This document shows, piece by piece, positions 52,105 to 64,000 of a stretch of DNA of 64,000 bases. The stretch spans positions 372,001 through 436,000 of the forward strand of contig JAPEUD010000009.1 in NCBI GenBank assembly GCA_026026165.1, read 5' to 3'. The first letter of the stretch is position 1. Every line of letters begins with the position of its first letter. Made by a program: the position numbers and the translations under genes. This DNA is from Sarea resinae. Its lineage: Eukaryota. The notes under the pieces are model-generated. The model saw only the letters and a list, made by a program, of their open reading frames with translations, was not told the DNA's origin and searched no databases.

Positions 52105-53462
52105 AGCCATTTTTCACGAGCGTCCATTACGGAGAACGGCGTCCTTTTTTTGTTTTCGGCAATTGCTCGGCTCTGGCGTGAAGAATGGGTTGCTTTGTCG
52201 GCATCATGGCCAAGCCTAAAACCGATGCTCTGGAAGACACCAGATATGCCCTCCCTATATCGTTCGAACGACTTTAGATTCCCAGCAGAGCAGCGAAGCA
52301 GCACGTAATAATACTTTAAACGATCAACGAAGCATTGACATGATTTTCATCCTTGGACGGCACAAGGCGGCTGCCGCGATGCAGAGACGTTCGACGGGAA
52401 TCCCAAGTCTTGGACAAAACCCGTCGAACGTCTCCGAGAAAAGCGTCTTCCGCTCCTTCCTGGTACTAGGTTCTTTCCCTCTGTGGCCCGTATCGAATGT
52501 ATATTATCTATATCATCGTGAATGCTCCCCAAAGTATACGCGTAGCTACCATGCCTTGAAGAAAGTAGGTAAAGTATTCAGCTACCAAGTAGGACTTTGA
52601 GATAAAGGAAATTAGTAGGACATAACTACCTAGCATACAGTACTGCAATATGTACCTACCTAGGTAGGAGGTTTGTTTAGTACCTAATTTATTTAATTTG
52701 GGGGATATTTAAACTGTTGCTAGAACCTAAGAAGACATGATTGAAATCACTTCTTCGTATATATATCAAAAAGCTGCCGGAGTTTTTTTAAATTCCTGTT
52801 TAAAGGTAAAGATCATAATAATCATCTAGTGTCGAAAGCTAGAATTCCAATACACACACACGCACACACATGATTAAGACAGGCCTCCACAGTCACTCAA
52901 GAATGATTAGTAGTCGTACTTGGTAGAAGGCCATACTAGAACAAATCATATCATCTCGCCAGCTACTACTAATATCCTGCTCTTCAAGTACTCATTTAGA
53001 GGTGTCTCCCGCGTTAGATTTCGGCTGCCTCTCCGAGTAATAATTGGGAGGTCGGGTTATCCCTATAATAAACCCCCTCGAGAGCAATTCATTTCTCGGT
53101 ATTCTTTTACTACGGACGTAGACACTGTAGACAACATCACACACGATCGACCAATGGGACAGAGACCATAAGCAGGGATATTTCAATTCCTATATTCTTC
53201 TTTCTTTCTTTCTAACGTTGACGATCTCATTGCACATGACATCGGCATCGATCGGTATCGCGTAATCTCGTGAACATGGGGGCAGCAGGGACAGGAACAA
53301 AGGGGCACACGGAGAGTAAGGCGGTTTTGTGGCCGAGATGAAGTGATTTTTAGGAGAGCGTGGCTAAGGAGAGACGGGAAGATTGGCCGATTGATGATGG
53401 GTCTAGAAATCAATCATTCAGATGTAGAGGACGATGTGTTAAAACAGTGTCACGATCGTCGT

Positions 53463-55083
53463 CTACTTGAAGACCTTGCCATCGGCCCATTCGTACGTCT
53501 AAAGCGGAGCATCATTAGTCATTGCCACTTGCAAATATCAGGTCCACGAATTTCTCACCTTGCCACCGACCGTAATTGGCTTGTCCCACGACCATTGGTC
53601 ATTGACAAATTCGCGGTCCTCAGCCTTGGATGCATCAAGCTTGGTGAAAGAGTAGCTCTCGTAGTCAGGAGCCACATCGAAGGCCGGAAGAGCGTCCTGG
53701 CCGCGAACGAGGAAGGCACCCTGGATGACGGAGTCGTTGGTGACGCCATAGACCGAAGCACATCCGAAGATATACTTTCGGCTGGCCTCAAGACGGGCAA
53801 AGAAACCACCTTTCCTAGATTTAGTTGAGTTCCTAAAAGATGCGCGAGTAATGCTTACCGATCAAGTTGGAAGACATGAAGGTCATGGTCAACTCGTCGT
53901 TGTACTTATAGTCCACCTTCCACAAAGAGTACTCCTCAGGCTTGTAGTGCTCCCAGAACCAGGGGAGAGCGGTCTCACGGGTCTCCTCGTTGGAGTAGAA
54001 GCGCTTCCAGTCGTCCAGAACAAAGGTAGGCTTCTCGAGAGCCTCAAGAGGGTGCTTTGGCTTGGGAGCCGGCTTGTCCTCCTCCTCTTCATCAGCGGCC
54101 GGCTTTGCGGCGGCCTTTGGTGCGGCCTTTGGCGTCTCCTTCTTAGGCTCCTTCTTTGGTGGCGTGTACTTGACCGGCTCCTCAATAAATTCAAGCTTGG
54201 TGGCAACAGCAGAGTAGATAGGTTGGTTGTAGACGGTCTCGTACCACCGGACAAGGGCAGGGTGCTCAGCCCGGAAATCCTTGCCGAAGACGTGTTGAAA
54301 GCCTCGTGTGAGGATGCCAGCAGCAAACAGGTCAGCAAGGGTGAGTCGCTCTCCGACCAAGAAAGTGTTGACGAGAAGATGGGACTCCAAGACACCAACA
54401 GCCTTGAGAGCTGCTTTCTGGGAGTCCTCGACGTGTTTCTTGTTGTAGGGCTCAAGGCCAATCAGGGGACGGAACCACCCCCCAAGTTTAGGCATGACCT
54501 CGGTATTGGCGAAGGACATCCACTTCAGGATCGAAGCATAGTCTTGCTTGGTCTTGCCGAGAAGTGTCGTCTTCTCGTTCTGGGAGGTCACTATTCAAGC
54601 ATTAGCATGATGAAGCTAATGGACCAGCCGACAGATATAGGGATGTAAGTTTCTTGCAGGAGCTCAGAGTATAAGATTCTCAACAGGTATCTTCAGACAG
54701 GGATAACTGTATTTGATAATATGTCTCATCATTGGAAAGCGAAACGAAATTGAGTATACTCACAGTAGATGGCGATAGCCATGCACTCGAACAGGTGGTA
54801 ACCATCGGCACCCTCGAAGGTGGGGACCTTTCCAAGGTGGTTAAGCTTCAGGTAGTCGGCGGAGACAGCTTTGTCTATGGAGGTCTCAACGATCTCCAGG
54901 TCGAGCTTGTTCTCCTTGGCGACCGCAAGGATGGCCGTCGAGCGAGGGTTGCCCTAGAAAACGAGGAACATTAGCACGATTGACTGAGACTGTGCAGAAG
55001 ACAACCGCGACATGCGTTGAACGAAAAGTCGTAGGAAAATGCGGTCGACTCACAGCATAGGTGTAGAGCTTGCCGAACGACAT
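53463..55083 (-). CDS. TEF4: Translation elongation factor eEF1B-gamma
   Basis: MSFGKLYTY, GST-like N-terminus (NHLGKVPTFEGADG), KPKHPL..DDWKRFYSN, YKYNDELTMTFMSSNL; ends GKVFK. Confidence 0.95.
54660..54737 (-). ncRNA. snR38: Box C/D snoRNA snR38 (25S Gm2815 guide, yeast numbering)
   Basis: In an eEF1B-gamma intron: C box ATGATGA (54732-54726), guide CAGTTATCCCTGT followed by D' CTGA (complementary to 25S ACAGGGAUAACUG), D box CTGA (54667-54664). The yeast TEF4 intron hosts snR38. Confidence 0.9.
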
Positions 55084-55559
55084 GATTGCGGCAGTCTGTG
55101 CTTTGAGACGTACGAGGGTGAAGTTATGAAGATACCGCAGTGCCTAAACTCGAGGCAAGAGCAGTGAAGAGTGTTAAGAAGAGATGATGGTGCGGTGGTG
55201 ATGGTAAGAGAGTGAGGTGTTGATGGGGGAGGGCTGGAAATGGAAGTGGGAGGGTTGGCAGAATTTGTGCGGCAAGTATTTCGTACCCCGGTACTTTTCC
55301 TGACAACAGCAGTTGGACTACGACCAGTAGAGAATAGTCGATACTCGTACAGTACCCAATACTTCAGTCACGTGCGCCCGTCCCAAAGGTCGCTGCTCGA
55401 TTTTCCGATTCACTTATAGGGTACTACCTAAGAATTGCGAGAACCAATTCATGCCTCTGCCCGCAACGGCTGCATTGAGTCTCCAATTCGACACCGCCCT
55501 CACTCTCCGATTGGCGTCTCTCTCGTCTCTGGGATAGAGTCAGGAGCTGGACCGCCATC

Positions 55560-56656
55560 ATGAAGGTGGCACGACTGGCCGCGGGCCTCCGCTCCAGCGC
55601 TGCTCGCCCAGCATATCAGCATCGACCATGTCTACGAGCTTCAATTCCCTCCTGGACGAACTGCAGCCGTGTGTTGTCGGCCTCAAGATTGCTTTCTACC
55701 TCGGCAGCGAGGAACAGCATAGCTGCGCCAGAGATCGACTTCGGATCACAGGGCAGTTTTAACCAGAAGAACATCCTAGAGCGAGTCCGCATCGTACCTG
55801 CATCTCCGTCCTATTTCACCGGAAAACCCGATTTCACCGACAATCTTCTCTCCCTACAAGCCCTTCTCCGAAAATATCTGACTCTACCAATGTGCGAACC
55901 CGGATCTGCTCCGCGAGTGGCATGGAAGACGTTGGCAGAGTACCGTCTCCTCGTAGGGGAACCGGTCAAGGCGGCCAAATATCACAAAATCATCGAGATA
56001 CTCCAACGCTTGAACCGCATACACTCATCGCTGATGCCAGAGGAGGTGCAGGCCGCAATGCAGACATACAAGAGAGATCTCAATCCTCACGATGTGGTGA
56101 GGAGAGTCCAGAAAATCGACCGCTATGGCCGGTCCATTGGGGTAGGAAGGAGAAAGGCGTCCACTGCACAGGTCTGGTTGGTTGAGGGTGAGGGTGAGGT
56201 CATGGTCAACGGCAAGTCGCTTGCAGGAGCTTTCTCGAGATTGCACCACCGTGAAAGCGCCATCTGGGCGCTGAAGTCGACGCAACGGATCGACAAGTAT
56301 AATGTATGGGCTATGGTCAAGGGCGGTGGTCTGACGGGTCAAGCTGAGGCGATGACACTGGGTCTCGCAAAGGCGCTCTTGGTTCATGAGCCATTGCTCA
56401 AACCAGCATTACGGCGAGGTAAGCGACGTCTCTCTGTGCAACGAGATTCCAACGAACTCTGCTGCTGCACTCGTATATTCAGAACCTCTGCATCTTGCGT
56501 CCCAATGACACCGTTCTAAAACTATCTCGAGACGATGCGGACACATGCTAACGACTATCAATAGCCGGATGTATTACGCGGGATCCTCGCCGTGTGGAGA
56601 GAAAGAAGCCAGGCAAGCTAAAAGCCCGAAAGATGCCCGCTTGGGTCAAGAGATGA
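55560..56656 (+). CDS. MRPS9: Mitochondrial ribosomal protein uS9m
   Basis: Arg/Ser-rich presequence, [22 protein letters not shown], spliced end [26 protein letters not shown]. Confidence 0.95.
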
Positions 56657-59295
56657 TCTCTTTGTCTGGGGGGCTTGTTTCGAATCTATCGTTCCATTGT
56701 ACTTTTTGTAGCATAGCAAATATCAGATCGGCTCCAGAGATTGTGAGGGATGAGAGTTTAGCGCGGAAGATGCGGCGCGTCAACACTGGGCCAGATCGCT
56801 TGCGATGTGAGATGGATGCAATCCGTCTCATCATTGCCTGGCGTATGCCACATCTATGCCAGAGCCTAAGGTGCACGGCAAACTAGTGAGACGCATTGCA
56901 GAGTGGACAGGCGTGTTGGGCCTCAATTTGAGCCAGTGAGAATGCCTTTGAGGCTTCTCTAGCCCGAAAAACACCTAACCTCAAATGATACCCAGTTTCG
57001 AAGAGATGACGGGTCGGACAGGAGAGAGAGGAACTCCTGCAGGTCACAGTCTGTTAGGCTTCTCACGACCGCTCACGGTCCACGGCTGAGCGGCGCGGCA
57101 CTGATTCTCTCATCGGTCATCAAGAGTATGAAACATGGTGGTTGTTTCAAGAAGCTATTGAAAGCTTCTGCAAGATCGCTTATTTGGGCATGGTACAGCC
57201 CCCGTATGCTGTAGCTCTTCCTTTTTGAAGAAGGATGAAACCCCATTCACGTACATACCCATAAGCGGGAATCATCGCGACTGAAGCCTGAAGATATTGG
57301 GACACTCCGAGTTCTTTGATGCTTGGAGATGACAACGATGGCCTATGAAGAAGACTCGACTCCTTCGTGCCTGCCTTACGTATTATGCCCACCGTCACCT
57401 TCCGCGTGGCATCCGTCGCCTTCGAACTAGAATCAAAGTTTAAATTCGGCAGCCAGACCGATTAGGCAACTCTCGAGGAGTAGCTGAAGTGTATGCGTGG
57501 CCTAGGAACGCATCGGAGGATGCATCGAGGAGAAGGCAAATAATTGTCGCAATGACTGCCGTGGCGGTTGTCATGAAGCGATCAACATTGGATCGGCCGT
57601 GATCAGCTCTGGTCGGTTCCTTCGCACGCTTGGAGGGCCATGATTGGGAGCGCACGACCAGGTTGCTGAGCCTCGCTGGGGCTGGAGATCGACAGTCCTA
57701 CAGATGGCCACCGAGGCGATGGCCGCATTAACGTTGGACCAAGGTGACCAGACCTCGGACTCGGAACCGGGGCTCACGACCCTTCGAGCAAGAGTCGATG
57801 CCGATCGCCGCCCATGGCCGCCCATGGCCGCCCATGGCCGCCCGCACCCCTATTCGTGCCCATTCCTCTTGTTCCCTTTCATCTCCAACATGCAGCCTGC
57901 GGGCTGCCGAACCTCGAACGAACACCCTCTGGGTCTCCCGTTCGTCTAATGTGTGAAGTAGAGTACCAAAAGGACAAGCGACCGTCTTCGACCGGAGAGC
58001 AACATTGCCCGATTGGACGTGGCCATCTCGCCCTGATCAGACTACGTGAAGTACTTCGTACACTACCCCTCGTGCTACGATGGAGTACTAGTACAAACGC
58101 GCCATCCGATCCTCCTGAGTCGGCCTTTTTCCCAGCTGCCCTGGCCATGAAGCGATGATGAAGCGATGATGAAGCCATCTTGGATGCGGCAGTAAGATGA
58201 CACGCGTGAAGTTGACGAATCAGTGCACCGGACAGCACCTGGCCCCTGGTTGGACAATCTGGACGACATGCAACTAGTCCAAAGCATCAAGGCGTGCGAG
58301 CGAAAGCATGCGAACTATTCTCCGCAGTCGATGAAGGACTGCGCAGCCGGGGCCGTAGGACCATGCGAGGTAGGTAGGTCAGGGAGGTAAGTACGCACAC
58401 CTCTCTTGATGCCCAGATCATGACATGGGAGTCCGAAAGGACCCTGAAACCCTGAAAGGACGAGAATGACGGCGACCACTGCTGTTGCTTTGATTACCTA
58501 CGGTTGTGCTCATGATGCTGGAGCCCCAAAGGCTGAGGTGCAGGACAAGATAAGGCTCTACCAGCGACGCTAACCTCAGCCTCGGCACGACCCAATATCA
58601 GTGTCGTTATTCCAAGGCTTGAGCTTACATCCATGGATACAGCAGGTATGAGGTCTTCGGGACAGATGACCTGACAACGTGCCGATTTTAGTCGCAATGG
58701 GCTACCTACCTTCGGTATATTGGGAGGTAGGGCTACAACACCTCAATCGAGCATCCCGTCATGCCCAGGCCGGCTCCTCCAGGGGAAAGTCATATCGTGC
58801 TTCCTCGGAGAGAGAGAGAGAGGGTTAACGTGACCACGGTCTCATCACGATCACCACCATCGCGGACACAACTCCACATGGCTCCTGCCCATGACCAAGT
58901 CATGGATGGGTACCCAGTAGCCATCAGCGGCTTGGAGCTTTCTGGTTTGAGGCATGACGCCGTGATGGAGAATTGATTGATCTGATATGTCTAATGTAAG
59001 GCAGATGTGAATTACCTCTGATTATGATACTTTGTGGGGGGGATGAAAGCGTATGGGTGAACAATGAAAAACTGTGCCTCTGTAGGGGGGATATGAAGAT
59101 TGGCCGATCACAAACCCCCACCTGAGGTGATTAGTTCAGATGAGCCATGAGAATTGGAGCGATCTCGCCGCCAGTCGGCTCGGTCATCCCCATCGATCAT
59201 ATCATTCGTCCAAGGGGAGAAAGCCCCAGTATCACGGTAGGTAAGGTAACGCAGTATGGAGATATGTACAGCAAGTCTGTTCGTAAGCCTGTCTG

Positions 59296-59344
59296 CGTAA
59301 TTCGCAATTCGTAATTCGTAGTTCGTAATTCGTAATTCGTAGTC
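59296..59344. repeat. 7-bp tandem repeat (CGTAATT) x7
   Basis: Near-perfect direct copies in the long intergenic region. Confidence 0.85.
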
Positions 59345-62146
59345 GGAGTCGGCTCGTTGCGGTCTCTCCCGGACGCGGCTTTCCACCCTGGCAAGAATCA
59401 CACAGATCTTGTTCTGTTTATCTGACTACCTGTATCTCTGTCGCCTCGCGCAGGCTGAAGGATCTGACACTTGACACTTGACTGCATCTACTAGCATCAT
59501 AGGTTGACGGCCCGGTGGGGGGGCGGTAGGGTGGTGGTGGTCGACCCGACGATACTGGTGGCGGTCGTAGTGGCGGACGCGGGACGCGGACACGGATGCA
59601 ATGTAAGGCAATGGGCTGTAGTGCGCTGCGATTCACTGCGATGCACTGCGATGCGATGCGATGCCATGTAATGTGATGCACCCCTTCTTTACCAGGGCGC
59701 CCTCTGTTTCATCATGGAGGAGCCCCGGTCCATTTCATCATTCATTGTTTATTCTTATGTTTGTTATTTATGATCTCGAGAAAAAGCAAAGAATCATCAA
59801 TCCGCGAATGGTCCGTCGGTCCGTGTGTCTCTGTCTGCCTGTGTAGTGTGTCTCCCCGACCCGAAGATCGATAGACGGTCTGCCTCACATACCTTACTTG
59901 AGGTTGTATCATGGGTATCATGATATCAATTTTCATCATGACAGACATGCTAGATACCTCATGGATGATATGGATCATTCGTTCTACTACTGGGTTGAGG
60001 ATTTGATACCACTACTCCGTCGTACTATGTACCTCACTACCAGAGACCCTCGGCCCTCCCCCATCCATGCTCAGGTGCTAATGCCGCAAGATCGCATCGT
60101 GCAGATGCCTCACCCACGCTTGGGTGTTCCTACAGTAGTTGGCCTGCAATGGTGATAGCCCCTTGGCCCTCCTGCGCGGCCAGGAACTAGGAAGATTGAC
60201 GGGGGCCCGTCAATGGGGACTGCTAGGGACAGCTGAGGTAGGGATAGCTCCTCTCGAGTCGCTCTCTAGCAGCAACAGCAATAGAAGCACCACCTCTCTT
60301 GCTTCTCTTGCCTCTCTTGCCTCCCCTCATCCCTCCCCTCTCCGCCGCTCCCCCCCCTCCCCCCCCCTTCCTGACTTCCATTTCCAAAGTGGCCAAAGTG
60401 GCCAAAGAGGCCATAGTGGCCATGGTGGCCCACCTCCACCCTCCCAGGCCCTTAGGCTTTAGGCTTTTAGGGTCCAGCAGGTCGTCGTCCCGGCCTGCAG
60501 CAACCGAGAAGTCCCGCCGCTCCATGGTCTCCTCCTGCCCACCTCGAGTCACTACCAACTGCTCACTGGCACCATCAGCCCGAATCAAGCCAAGCTATCC
60601 CGACTAACGAAAGCACTACACGCTACACGCAGCACTATGCGCAGCACTACCTGATCGACTTGGCCGTCATGGCCGAGCGCAGCGCGATCAGAAGCCATGC
60701 CATACCATGTCGTGGAGAACATGTCTGGAGTCACTCTCGATTTAGCTGTAGTAGTGGAGAAGCAAGATTCTTTCCATATCGGCTGCTGCTGGCAGCGTGC
60801 TCCTTCTCCTTCTTCCTCTTCTTGTTTGATAATACTTCATCTCATTAAGCTACAGCTACTGCTGCTGCCATTACTCGGATTCTCGAATCTGTCTCCTCTA
60901 CCTCCACCGTTATTCCCGCCCTTCTTTTCCTCCTCTAACGGTGCCCTATCCACCCTACCTTGCTCCCGGAGCTTCTTCCATTGACCATCTTCTCAGAACC
61001 TGCTCGGTGAAAAAGCTTACCTTCCCACCCCCCTCCCCTCCCCCCCACCCCACCCTCGTCCCTTCTTCACGTCGTGTGGCGCTATTCAGTCACTTTCGGC
61101 CTGGTTGGATCGAGAAAGCCTAGAGATGCTAGGTGCGAGTTAGTGTCGGCCCGTAGAAGACGCAAGATCGATCTCTGGAAAATAAGAGAACTCGGGTTCG
61201 GACAGCCGGTTTTTGTTTTATATTGCTGCAACGACCTGCGACAATATCACAGGCCAGTAACGTACAGCCTCTCCATCCGCTAGACGCTCGTTCCATTTGG
61301 TTTCGGCCCTGTAACGCCCCCCGGGCCCAACGCACCTTCGAACCACTGCCACGGGTGTTTTTTACCTTGCGCCAGCCGTCACATCGCAGGGAATTGCAGG
61401 GAAGCTCACTCAGGGACAGACCTTGACCATCCTGGTGACTATCACCTTCCTGCCCTCCTCTCATCCAGGGTCCTCCCAGCTCTTCGACTATCAAGTGCAG
61501 GTGCCCTCCGACAACTGACGACCGACGATTTCAATCTTCATCAGCCCTAAGACTGTGTCTTTCCTTCTGTCTGTCGCGCTCTCAGTCTCTCTCGATCCAT
61601 ATTACTCCGCTCCATACGGCTCCACTCGCCTGAGATTCGCCAACCTTCTTGCTCTTCGAGAATCCGGCGAGACTCGATCAATCCGTCCTTCTCTTTGTCC
61701 GTGTTCTTGAATATCTTTTATACGTTCCCTTGCTTTGAGTAAGGGTCTGGCGCAAAAGGTTCGGTCACCCGGGTTCGGCCTGAAGCAAGCATCAGACCTG
61801 GTAGGAATGCGCCGGAGAGCAACTGCCGTTCCTGATCTCCCTACGACTATCCGAAGACCAAGTATGTACTGCGCCGTTCGAGAGTTAATATTTCGACATC
61901 CTTGACCTCTTCACCAATTCTGACCACGGCTTGCTCTTTCCAGGTTCATCCAATTCAAAGACCCATAGCTCGGGGCGAAGGCAACTTTGACGGTCTCCGA
62001 GGGCCCATCCCTTTGACCATTGGTGATAGCCGGGAAACTCTACCGAGGAATTGGGCACTTTACCTTCTTCCAATTTCCGTCACAGCGCATCGAAGGCGGT
62101 CTTCGACTCGCTGTTCGGACGATCCGAAGTCGGCCGGCTCCCTGGA

Positions 62147-63461
62147 ATGGAGGAAAACGGCCGTCAGCGGGAGCAGAATGAAGCGTCTGGCTACGGGGCA
62201 GCGAGGCATTCGATGAGCGGGTCGATGGGGCGGTTCAGGGAGCAGCCCGGCATGTCGAGAAGCAGAGATGGAAGCGCTCAGGGCTACGGTTATGGATATG
62301 CTGGGGGACCCCAGTATGGCGCACCGCTGGCCGGAAGTTCGATGCAATATCCAGCCGATTACGCATCAGACGGACATCGGCAGCAACAACACTTGTCTCA
62401 GTACGGCGGATCAAATATGATATACAACGCTGCAGCGGCAGCTGCAGCAGCGCAGCAGCAGCAGCAAGCACCCCAGCAATCACCTTACGACACTGTGCAA
62501 CCGTACCATCCCCGGCATTCTGCAGCAGCGCTGGAGGTGCTCTCGACCCAGTTTGGAGTTCCACAATATTTTGTGCAACCAGGCGAAGCCACTAGCGCGG
62601 CAGGACCTGCATTGCCCTCGCAGCAGAGTGCTGCATCTTCTCAATATCCTCCCTTATCTTATCCGCCGCAAAACAACAGCTCTGGGCGGTCGTCGTTTGG
62701 GCAATCGTATGCCTCCAGTGGGATGCCCGACCTTTCGCAGAACAGCGCGCCTGAGGCGCTGGAGCAGCAGGATCTTGGTGGCCAGGGGACTTCGAATTAT
62801 GACGAGGCCTATAATCAGTATCAGGGCGCGCTGAAACAGACTTTTGAAAACACGCGGTATGGCCGGCTGGACGAAGCAGGACAATCGCTCCTTCAAATCT
62901 CGGAATGGCTGCTCGGGCACGCTGAAGATCTGGGTCAGTCATACTCTCTGCTACTACTTCGTCTTCCCGTCCTTGAATTATCCTGTTTCCCATATCAAGC
63001 TCAATGACTAAGAGATGCCAATAGGACTAGTCCGAGACGAAGCAGAGCTCCACAGCGACCGGCTCAGGCTCTGGAACGAATTCAATACGTGCTGGCTTGC
63101 TGTGCTGCAGATGCAAAAGGACATGACCAAGGAGATGCTCAACACCGGCCAGGCGCCCTCGCCGCCGAGAAGTATACTTCCTGTCGAATTTCTGGAGAAG
63201 ATGGGCAGAGAGCTGGTGAAACTGTGCGATCCGATGGAGACGCACGGTTTGGTAGACTACCAGATGGGTGTTTGGGAGGAGGAGATTATTGCTGGTATGT
63301 CATCAAATAATATCACTGGCTGATTTTCGAGGCGTACGTTTTCCTGACTCTCCAATACAGTTCTGCAAGATTGTCTCGACCTCCTCGAAGCAAGTGGGGG
63401 AGGCAGCAGCGGCGGCGCCCGACAAACCGACGCCGCAGCTCCCCGTCATGGTGGACGGTGA
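62147..63461 (+). CDS. Uncharacterised fungal protein: Q/S/Y/G-rich N-terminus and helical C-terminal domain
   Basis: Three exons (introns about 62934-63024 and 63295-63360). C-domain YNQYQGALKQTF..LLQISEWLL..LWNEFNTCWLAVLQ..GLVDYQMGVWEEEII. Confidence 0.8.
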
Positions 63462-64000
63462 TCACGCCTCCCTTACGACTGATCCACAATTAGACCGAAA
63501 TTCTCCGGGTTCAATATCAGGCATTTCCTTCTTGGTTCATCTCTGGACAATCCACTGCCATATTTCTTCTCTTCTCTTCAACAAAGTTGCTGTATCATTC
63601 TACATTCCCGAGACGATTTCTTATTTCTTTTTTTTTTTCACATAGAGGGAAGGAATGGGATACAGGGGTCTCTTCGGTGTCTCGGCGTCCGGTGCTTGCT
63701 GCTGGCTTGGTCTAGGGATTGGGGCTTCGCACGGGACTACTGGACGGGATGGGACAGGAGGGGTTTAGATTTTCCATCTATGGGAGGCCTTTTCTTTTTT
63801 TGTGCCTCATTTCTTTTCGTTTCTTCCAAATGGGGATTTGGTGGCGGTGGTGGTGGGAGGGAAGATGAGGAATTTCTGTTCTATTAGAATTCTTACTTGG
63901 ATGAATGGGAGCGGGTGTGCGGGAAGGGGAGTGGGGAGGGGGAAATCGTTCGGGCTTGTCTGTAGGACGACCACGGGGTGGGGTATCGGACGTATCTCTC

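Noticed and set aside
53851..54648. 265-aa antisense ORF over eEF1B-gamma (similarly 24849-25559 and 34372-35115)
   Set aside because: In-register antisense shadows of strongly codon-biased genes.
56419..56564. snoRNA in the MRPS9 intron (also the longer GAL83 and EPL1 introns)
   Set aside because: No convincing C/D or H/ACA box arrangement.
59296..59344. CRISPR-like array
   Set aside because: Simple tandem repeats without spacers in a eukaryotic genome.
63005..63010. TGA-CTA readthrough motif
   Set aside because: It lies inside an intron, overlapping the likely branch point, and is not at the real stop codon.

Overview
This is gene-dense nuclear DNA from a filamentous ascomycete (Pezizomycotina-type GT-AG introns with CTRAC branch points). 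The ORF track mostly shows exon fragments and antisense shadows. By manual splicing I can support 24 protein-coding genes. Most are conserved housekeeping genes: Cut12-domain SPB protein, GCN2, UreF, CWC2, RBG2/DRG2, SIS1, Spo12-family protein, a peroxisomal acyl-CoA dehydrogenase, KIN17/RTS2, KAE1, SETD6/RKM4-like, EPL1, BDP1, BRE1, BMT5, FYV10, CBF5, a derlin, a SNF1 beta subunit, eEF1B-gamma and MRPS9. Three are uncharacterised. Non-coding features missed by the ORF track: an intronic C/D snoRNA (snR38) in eEF1B-gamma; a probable intronic H/ACA snoRNA (snR43-like, predicted 5.8S guide) in the derlin gene next to CBF5; a degenerate tRNA-like multi-hairpin element at about 26.2 kb; an ATF4-like two-uORF arrangement before GCN2; and an AUG-depleted 1.4 kb leader on the last uncharacterised gene. 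I see no CRISPR array, intact transposon or biosynthetic cluster. Family calls come from recognising motifs from memory, not from database searches.
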